Notes under the pieces: model-generated | What the model was told of the DNA's origin: nothing | Database searches by the model: none | What the model saw: only the letters and a program-made list of their open reading frames with translations | Assembly (NCBI GenBank): GCA_040755895.1 | Contig: JBFMAG010000028.1 | Coordinates: 1 to 39,666 of the forward strand | From: Actinomycetota bacterium | GTDB lineage: Bacteria > Actinomycetota > Aquicultoria > Subteraquimicrobiales > Subteraquimicrobiaceae | Length of the DNA stretch: 39,666 nt | Direction of reading: 5' to 3' | Position numbers and translations under genes: made by a program | Shown here: positions 1 through 5,270 of the stretch, piece by piece | Numbering within the stretch: the stretch's first letter is position 1 | Layout: every line of letters begins with the position of its first letter

Positions 1-141
1 GCGGATTTAGAGAGCTTAACTAGTGAACTTTCCACCGCGGGGAGTAAAATTTCTGAATCGATTTCTTCCCTCCAAAAAGTCTTAGAAGAGCTAAACCGCC
101 TTTCCTCAGAGGGAGAATCCGTAACCATAACCAGAATATAA
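1..141 (+). CDS. 3' end of a window-truncated ORF (46 codons, Leu/Ser/Glu-rich tail); product unknown
   Basis: Frame 1 is open from base 1 to TAA 139-141 (..ADLESLTSELSTAGSKISESISSLQKVLEELNRLSSEGESVTITRI*). A long hairpin-forming repeat follows 1 nt later. No family recognised; could be chance. Confidence 0.25.
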   Translation, partial: ADLESLTSELSTAGSKISESISSLQKVLEELNRLSSEGESVTITRI

Positions 142-142
142 T

Positions 143-226
143 CGATGAGCGATGTTCGATGAGCGACTTTCGGGAATAATATAAAATAAAACGCTCATCG
201 CTGATCGCTTTTCGCTCATCGAATTG
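143..226. repeat. Inverted pair of heptamer arrays (copy A of an ~85-bp element)
   Basis: 143-177 reads cgatgag/cgatgtt/cgatgag/cgacttt/cgggaat. A 14-nt A/T loop follows. 192-226 reads cgctcat/cgctgat/cgctttt/cgctcat/cgaattg, the reverse-complement type. A second copy lies at 22851-22937. Confidence 0.8.
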
Positions 227-316
227 TGAGGGGAAAATCGACATTAATGGATGGCGCTAGCCTCCTGGGAACCGAAGGTTCGTCACAAATAACCCGAGAG
301 TTGGGAGGCGATGTCG

Positions 317-589
317 ATGCATATACCAGATGGATTCTTAGAGGCAAAGACTTGGGTTTCAACGGCGGTAGTTTCCGCAGGGGCTTTGGGATACGCCGTT
401 AAGAAGGCCAATGAGAAACTGGGCGAAAAACAAGTCCCACTCATGGGCGTTGCGGCTGCATTCATCTTCGCTGCTCAGATGTTAAATTTTCCCGTAGTCG
501 GTGGAATATCGGGTCACTTTCATCCTCAAACGATCCTTGGTTATCGTTCCATTCGTTCTGATGATTGCCATCTTCATCCCTTTCTTTAA
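317..589 (+). pseudogene. cbiM: cbiM remnant (metal-binding N-terminus of the Co/Ni ECF S-component), truncated after about 65 codons
   Basis: SD GGGAGG lies 7 nt before ATG 317. The N-terminus is [39 protein letters not shown], typical of CbiM. After SGH the frame runs into unrelated residues and stops at 589. cbiQ-like sequence starts in another frame at about 500, and no cbiN is present. Confidence 0.6.
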
Positions 590-1096
590 ACCCGGTGAGG
601 TGGCAGGGGGATATAGTTTCGGCTCCTTTCGCTTGACCCTCACCTATAGTGGACTCGTAATTTTCTGGAACGTCCTCATCAAATCTTGGCTCTCAGTATT
701 GAGCATGATCATCCTCTCATCCACAACCAAATTTCCCGATCTCCTTAAGGATTGGAAAAACTCAAAATACCGAAGGTCATGATATTAATCCTGTCATTTA
801 TGTATCGCTATATTTTTGTCCTTGTCGATGAGGTCATGCGCATGAAACGAGCTCGGGATTCTCGAAATTTTGGAGGCCATAAGACTTGGCAGATCAAAAC
901 CATAGGCAACATGATTGGTACCCTTTTTATGCGCACCTATGAACGTGCGGAGCGGGTGTACGTGGCCATGGTTTCCCGAGGTTTCAGCGGGGAAATAAAA
1001 ACCTTGGATAATCTACACTTAACTGTAAGGGATTTTTGTTTCCTCTCTTTGATTATTTTGTATTTGATCTTTATTCGAGTATGGATGGTTCCATGA
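498..1096 (+). pseudogene. cbiQ: cbiQ (ECF T-component), 5'-truncated and frameshifted
   Basis: Two overlapping frames carry the gene: 501-782 (..TKFPDLLKD) and 749-1096 (GLEKLKIPKVMILILSFMYRYIFVLVDEVMRMKRARDSRNF..). Together they give a normal CbiQ. The frames overlap only in 749-779, so a single-nt indel there (aagga where aaggga would restore the frame) splits the gene. Confidence 0.6.
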
Positions 1097-1755
1097 AAAT
1101 AATAGAAATCGCCAATCTTAAGTTCACCTATCCCGATGGGACGGTGGCATTGAAGGGAATCAACCTGGATATCGAAGAAGGGGAATCGGTGGCCATACTC
1201 GGTCCCAATGGATCTGGAAAATCAACGCTCCTTCTTCAATTGAATGGTATCTTAAGGGGGGAAGGTACCATCAGGATTCGGGGTCTTTCCTTGGAAGAAA
1301 AAAATCTGAGGCGGATTCGGAGTCTGGTGGGGGTGGTCTTCCAAGATCCCGATGATCAGCTCTTTTCCCCAACGGTCTTCGATGATGTTGCCTTTGGTCC
1401 CATAAATATGGGCTTATCCCAGGAAGAAGTGAGAAAGAAAGTAAAAGAGGCTCTCGAAGAAGTGGAACTCACTGGTTTTGGAGATTGCTCAGCTCATCAC
1501 CTAAGCTTTGGAGAGAGAAAAAAGGTTTCCATCGCCACCATTCTGTCCATGAACCCCGAGATTTTGGCCCTCGATGAACCCACAAGCAATCTCGAACCCA
1601 GGGCAAGGAGACACGTCATAGATTTGCTCAAGGGATTAAAGGAAACCAAGATCGTCGCCACCCATGATATGAATCTTGCCTGGGAACTTTGTGAGCGAGC
1701 CATGTTACTTAACGATGGAAAGATTGTGGCCGATGGACAAGGGAGAAAATATTGA
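1093..1755 (+). CDS. cbiO: CbiO/EcfA-type ABC ATPase; C-terminal about 25 residues displaced into another frame (1713-1823)
   Basis: Walker A GPNGSGKST, signature LSFGERKKV and Walker B ILALDEP are present. The ATG overlaps the cbiQ stop (ATGA at 1093-1096). The expected C-terminus TREKILTNESLLVKHGLELPSL.. is encoded in the next frame up to TAA 1821-1823. Confidence 0.8.
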   Translation: MKIIEIANLKFTYPDGTVALKGINLDIEEGESVAILGPNGSGKSTLLLQLNGILRGEGTIRIRGLSLEEKNLRRIRSLVGVVFQDPDDQLFSPTVFDDVAFGPINMGLSQEEVRKKVKEALEEVELTGFGDCSAHHLSFGERKKVSIATILSMNPEILALDEPTSNLEPRARRHVIDLLKGLKETKIVATHDMNLAWELCERAMLLNDGKIVADGQGRKY

Positions 1756-1967
1756 CCAACGAGTCCCTCCTAGTCAAACATGGCTTAGAACTGCCCTCTC
1801 TTTCCACGGCTTCAAAACGCTAATTCGAGGCATCCATCAATGCACATTCCCAGATATCTTCTTATGAGCGAGGTTCAGAATTTCACATAAGGTATGAGGA
1901 TAAAAGAAATTTTGCTCAACTTATTTTCAAAGAGCAGTAACGCTAAAGAATTGATACTTCTTTCTCC

Positions 1968-2402
1968 TTACTTCCGAGCGAAAATAACCTTAGCTGGGAC
2001 CAAAATAGCAATGGCAAACAATGCCGTCCCAACGCTGCCCAGGACCAGGGGCCCAGTTTTTCCAACCATAATACTGGTAGCTAAAACTCCACCCCAGCCA
2101 AAGATGCCAGCTATTAAAAGAGTGAGCCAAGCCCATCTTTCTCCTTTCCGATAACCAGCTAAGACCACCCCAATAATCAGGGTTGCAATGCAAAGAGCCA
2201 AACATCCAATCTCTCTGTGATCTGCTCTATACAAATCCGCTAGCCTTGGGTTGGCACTAGCAAAGTCACTCCAGGTCTGGCCAGTATAGCTTTCAAATCC
2301 GGCGGTAGGCATAACGATGTCCATTAATATCCCACCTAACAATATCCAGATTGCCATAATCAGAGCTGCAATCCAACCTACAGTGATGAGTTTGCTTTCC
2401 AT
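1968..2402 (-). CDS. Small integral membrane protein (about 4 TM helices), unknown family; possibly the terminal cassette
   Basis: 144-aa ORF with SD GAGGAGGA upstream of ATG 2402 and hydrophobic segments throughout. It starts 47 nt from attC-like site 1. Confidence 0.6.
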   Translation of the reverse strand: MESKLITVGWIAALIMAIWILLGGILMDIVMPTAGFESYTGQTWSDFASANPRLADLYRADHREIGCLALCIATLIIGVVLAGYRKGERWAWLTLLIAGIFGWGGVLATSIMVGKTGPLVLGSVGTALFAIAILVPAKVIFARK

Positions 2403-2443
2403 TTTTATCCTCCTCTTTCATAATTTGTCGGGTGAGCAATTTC

Positions 2444-2535
2444 ATATAACGTTTCGAGCGTATCCGAAGTTCCGAGCGATGCGAGGAATTTGGGCGAAGT
2501 GCCAAAGGCACGAAGCCAGATACGCTCTGTTATAC
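2444..2535. repeat. attC-like site 1
   Basis: ATATAAC-gtttc-GAGCGTATC-cGAAGT-hairpin-ATTTGGGCGAAG-hairpin(tgccaaaggca)-cgaagcca-GATACGCTC-t-GTTATAC. Confidence 0.65.
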
Positions 2536-2548
2536 GATGGGCTGGCAA

Positions 2549-3391
2549 TCATATTTCACCTCGTATCTTTAGGAATTCTTCTATCAACTCTTTAATCACA
2601 ATTGATTTATAAACTATTCCTAAATCTACCATTTGAGTGGTGGCTATCACTGGAACTTTCCCCGTTGGAATGTCAATAAGTTCGATAGTATTAAAGTCCT
2701 TTCTTATAAATACAGAGGCTACAACTCCCAAAAAGAAAATACGACTACCTACTACCAGGCCTTTGCCTTTGGGAGAATAACTGCCTATGTTACAAAGAAA
2801 AACAGGACTTCCACTTGACCCTGGAAAAATTGAGGCGTCAATTAGGAATGTGGGTTTTCCTTCAAAATCTACCGAAATAGGTGTTGCGGTTATCCCTCTC
2901 CTAACAACAGGTAATAAATTCCTTCTATCAAAAATATTGCTGGGGTAACCAACGAATATAATATCTTCAACAGCGTCAATATCTTCACTTAATGATTTAT
3001 CCGAAGGAATTAACTCTGGAGTTACTGATTTAAAAAATATTTGAACGCCTTTCTGATGTAATTCGTTTAGGACTGGTGCAAAAGGCATAATGGCAACATC
3101 TATATCTTCTTGAGGATGTGCTATCCATTGTTTTTCAAAATTAGGATATTCAATCGTAAAAACTTTGCCCAAAATCGGCTTTTCACCATCACTTTGGTTA
3201 AATGCCAATTTCCCTCTGGTGGAGTCTTTAATAACATGCTTATTTGTAACCACAAATAAGTAGTGCTTATCGTCTTTTGCATAATCAAAAATAAACCCAG
3301 TACCTATGCTTATTGAGGCATCAGGAAGACTCGACTCAATTCTTACCGTTGTAAACAGTATATTCTCAAATATAGATTTGACTTCAATCAT
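2549..3391 (-). CDS. Cytoplasmic trypsin-fold (S1/Trypsin_2-like) serine protease, cassette-borne
   Basis: 280 aa with no signal peptide. Triad contexts are TNKHV (His), DIDVAIM (Asp) and PGSSGSPVF (Ser). SD GAGGAGGA lies before ATG 3391. The stop is 13 nt from site 1. Confidence 0.8.
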   Translation of the reverse strand: MIEVKSIFENILFTTVRIESSLPDASISIGTGFIFDYAKDDKHYLFVVTNKHVIKDSTRGKLAFNQSDGEKPILGKVFTIEYPNFEKQWIAHPQEDIDVAIMPFAPVLNELHQKGVQIFFKSVTPELIPSDKSLSEDIDAVEDIIFVGYPSNIFDRRNLLPVVRRGITATPISVDFEGKPTFLIDASIFPGSSGSPVFLCNIGSYSPKGKGLVVGSRIFFLGVVASVFIRKDFNTIELIDIPTGKVPVIATTQMVDLGIVYKSIVIKELIEEFLKIRGEI

Positions 3392-3423
3392 TGCACTTCT
3401 CCTCCTCTATTTGCCAGCCTTTC

Positions 3424-3501
3424 GTATAACGTTTTTGGTTGCCGAAGTCGCCGTAGGCGATTTGGACGAAGCGCAGCGAAGTCGGCAACCCCGTGTTAGG
3501 C
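3424..3501. repeat. attC-like site 2
   Basis: GTATAAC-gttttt-GGTTGCCGA-AGT-hairpin(cgccgtaggcg)-ATTTGGACGAAG-hairpin(cgcagcg)-aag-TCGGCAACC-ccgt-GTTAGGC. Confidence 0.65.
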
Positions 3502-3546
3502 GCCGTATGACGCAGGTGCCTTCTTAGCAATCGCCTTTATCTTCCT

Positions 3547-3696
3547 CCGGTGGAACTATTGGTCTACCCAGCCAATCCCTTTCGATCTTTTGCTTGCCCA
3601 ACCAGTCCCTTTCTATTTTGGGCCTGCCTAACCAGTCTGTCTCTACTTTGTCTCTCCCTAGCCAATCCTTATCAGGAACCCATCTACCAAGCCAAT
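3547..3696. repeat. Degenerate 30-bp tandem repeat, 5 units
   Basis: Units start at 3547, 3577, 3607, 3637 and 3667. Each ends in ..cc(a/t)a(g/a)cca(a/g)t (for example cccagccaat, cccaaccagt, cctaaccagt, cctagccaat, ccaagccaat). Confidence 0.75.
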
Positions 3697-3789
3697 CTTG
3701 GCGTACGTCTTGCCATCTTGCTTAATGATTCTCTCTCCAGTTTTCTTATCATACTTCTTGCCATCCTTCTCAATGTAATCCTCGCTCAT
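3658..3789 (-). CDS. 43-aa Lys/Gly-rich peptide, probably the surviving 5' part of a longer GW-repeat ORF cut by amber codons
   Basis: SD GGAGGT lies 6 nt before ATG 3787-3789. The product is MSEDYIEKDGKKYDKKTGERIIKQDGKTYAKIGLVDGFLIRIG*. The same frame continues through five TAG codons only, to a TAA inside the core of site 2. Confidence 0.4.
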   Translation of the reverse strand: MSEDYIEKDGKKYDKKTGERIIKQDGKTYAKIGLVDGFLIRIG

Positions 3790-3832
3790 TTTTGACCTCC
3801 TTCTCTTAGTTTTAGGCTCTGAGTAATATGGC

Positions 3833-3913
3833 GCCTAACGGTCCCGGTGTTTGCGAAGTGCCCCGAAGGGGGCATTTGGGTGAGCGTAGCGAACCGCAAA
3901 CACTGTGTTAAGT
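3833..3913. repeat. attC-like site 3
   Basis: GCCTAAC-ggtcccg-GTGTTTGCG-AAGT-hairpin(gccccgaaggggc)-ATTTGGGTGAGCGTAGCGAAC-CGCAAACAC-tgt-GTTAAGT. Confidence 0.65.
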
Positions 3914-3977
3914 GAGTGCGTTAGCACCGAGCCAAACGAAGTCGGCAAAGAGTTGCCCGAAGCCCTTTTGGGTATCC

Positions 3978-4256
3978 TCAGAGAACTTTTTTCACTTCCA
4001 CTACTGGATCTGCTGGTGGAGACCCCAATACTTTCTCTACAATCTTTTTAACTGTCTCCACTGGATTCTCTACCTCCTCTGGAACTTCCCAATCACAGAT
4101 TCCCATTCCCTTTTCGTCCACATAAGTATCCACTCTAATCCCAGGGGGATAGTTCTTCAATTCTTCTAAAAAACCATCCCGAACCTTCTTGAGTTCTTCC
4201 GCACTGAGCTTGGGAAGCCTATTCTTCTCGTAATGGAATAGTATTACCTTGGGCAT
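3978..4256 (-). CDS. 92-aa protein resembling the DUF4242 / SCO4226-like ferredoxin-fold family (weak)
   Basis: MPK..LSAEEL..YVDEKGMGICDWEVPEE matches, from memory, the pattern of DUF4242 proteins. SD AAGGGGGG lies before ATG 4256. Confidence 0.55.
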   Translation of the reverse strand: MPKVILFHYEKNRLPKLSAEELKKVRDGFLEELKNYPPGIRVDTYVDEKGMGICDWEVPEEVENPVETVKKIVEKVLGSPPADPVVEVKKVL

Positions 4257-4331
4257 GTTACCCCCCTTTCTTAATCCAATCTACTATTATTTGGTTGGCT
4301 GTTACTCCCCATTTGGGCTTCGGGCAATTTC

Positions 4332-4413
4332 ACTTAACGTTTCCAGCATATACGAAGTTCCGCCGAAGGCGGAATTTGGGCGAACGAAGTGAGCCGTATA
4401 TGCTGTGTTGTCC
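4332..4413. repeat. attC-like site 4
   Basis: ACTTAAC-gtttc-CAGCATATAC-GAAGT-hairpin(tccgccgaaggcgga)-ATTTGGGCGAACGAAGTGAGCC-GTATATGCTG-t-GTTGTCC. Confidence 0.65.
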
Positions 4414-4426
4414 GAAGTTGCAGAAG

Positions 4427-5167
4427 TTATTCTTTAAATTTTCTTGCTACATCCTTCAAGCTTAAAACTTCAATAGGACAATTCTTCCAATCGTGCTCCC
4501 AGCATATTATTAGATCACACTGCAATGGATCATGACCATGAGTATTGAAGTCGCTTGATCTATACTCGAATTCTGCTTTGCAGCTTATCCATCTGCCTTT
4601 AATGTTCTTTTTTCTCAGAAGAGCATCGGGGAATTTACCCCTTATTCCTTCTATCCTAAAATCTAATTCGTATGCCAAAGCTGCGAACAACAAAATCACT
4701 CCTTGTTCATTTATAGGTTCGTATACAATGCTTCGGACACCCAGAATATCGCCGGTTTCATGTAGCTGGATTTCTTCCATTTTTCTGAAAGCTTCTTCTG
4801 GTTCCTCTTCTTTCTCTTCGATTTCAGGTTCAACACCATGTAGCTTCGCTAAACCTTCATCTTGATCCTTGCCCGTCTTTTGAAAAATTCGCACTCTTTC
4901 CCTGCCACTTTGGGTTATTTTCCATATCCCTCTTTCCGACGCATCAAGTTGACCCTTTCGCTTTAAGTATTCTCGTGCCCATTGAAGCCTATTGATCCAA
5001 ATAATTTGCCCTCTTTTATATTTTCCATATTCTTCTGGATGTTCAAGAAGTTCCTGTTTCATTATTTCTTCAACTATAGGATAAACATCAGAAGTCTTGG
5101 CCGAGCCGCCTAATTTAATTAATGCTTGCAGCAATGGTATTTCGTAATCAGTAAATGATAATGGCAT
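4427..5167 (-). CDS. Winged-helix (Mrr_N-like) N-terminal domain, acidic linker and a C-terminal nuclease-like domain; cassette-borne
   Basis: The N-terminus YEIPLLQALIKLGGSAKTSDVYPIVEEIM..IWINRLQWAREYLKRKGQL..RGIWKITQSG resembles the Mrr N-terminal wHTH. The C-terminus ..GKFPDALL..ISCKAEFEYRSSDFNTHGHD..CDLIICWEHDW has a restriction-endonuclease-like look; its fold is unverified. SD AAGGAGGA precedes the start. The stop is 13 nt from site 4. Confidence 0.6.
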   Translation of the reverse strand: MPLSFTDYEIPLLQALIKLGGSAKTSDVYPIVEEIMKQELLEHPEEYGKYKRGQIIWINRLQWAREYLKRKGQLDASERGIWKITQSGRERVRIFQKTGKDQDEGLAKLHGVEPEIEEKEEEPEEAFRKMEEIQLHETGDILGVRSIVYEPINEQGVILLFAALAYELDFRIEGIRGKFPDALLRKKNIKGRWISCKAEFEYRSSDFNTHGHDPLQCDLIICWEHDWKNCPIEVLSLKDVARKFKE

Positions 5168-5196
5168 AGTTTTTATTCCTCCTTAATTGCAATTTC

Positions 5197-5242
5197 GGAC
5201 AACTACAGAATAAGTGAATTTCGTTTAATTTTCACGTTGACA
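5197..5242. repeat. Possible short or degenerate fifth attC-like site (or attI-side junction)
   Basis: GGACAAC-tacagaataa-GTGAA-tttcgtttaatt-TTCAC-GTTGACA. Its left end TTCGGACAAC is the exact reverse complement of the right end of site 4. The internal conserved core is absent. Confidence 0.3.
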
Positions 5243-5270
5243 ATATATATTAATCTTGCGCACGGCGCAA
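5242..5270 (-). promoter_or_regulatory. Candidate sigma70-type promoter reading into the cassette array
   Basis: On the minus strand: TTGCGC (5270-5265), 17 nt, then TATATT (5247-5242). Purely motif-based. Confidence 0.25.

Larger units (their letters stand above)
2444..5242 (-). mobile_element. Integron-type gene cassette array lacking an integrase in the window (CALIN-like): 4 cassettes bounded by 4-5 attC-like sites
   Basis: Evidence includes covarying imperfect palindromes with RYYYAAC/GTTRRRY-type ends. The right end of each site is the reverse complement of the left end of the next site. There is one SD-bearing minus-strand ORF per 409-980 bp unit. See findings. Confidence 0.65.

Noticed and set aside
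20-244. 74-aa minus-strand ORF from the ORF track
   Set aside because: It reads straight through both arms of the heptamer hairpin element (giving DERKAISDER / SLIEHRSS low-complexity sequence). It has no SD and lies antisense to the open + frame at the window edge. Most likely spurious.
245-316. Cobalamin or NiCo riboswitch upstream of cbiM
   Set aside because: The leader is only about 70 nt. It lacks a B12 box (GCCACTG-like) and lacks the four-way-junction signature. Only a small GAACC/GGTTC hairpin is present.
3506-3660. Genetic-code reassignment of TAG as the explanation for five in-frame amber codons
   Set aside because: Well-supported genes in the same window end in TAG (the ccdA-like gene at 10639-10641, the TPR gene at 11266-11268). 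The amber codons are single-base changes from TGG/TCG in sister repeat units, so decay is more parsimonious. Kept as a finding only as a repeat/pseudogene curiosity.
3550-3795. 81-aa + strand ORF across the 30-bp tandem repeat
   Set aside because: It has a GTG start without an SD, and its product is a repeat-derived Pro/Leu/Ser string. The opposite strand has a strong SD plus ATG and fits the orientation of every other cassette ORF.
2444-4413. CRISPR array interpretation of the four spaced repeats
   Set aside because: The repeats are 78-92 bp, not identical, and internally palindromic with covarying arms. The spacers are 330-850 bp and contain complete ORFs. No cas genes are present.
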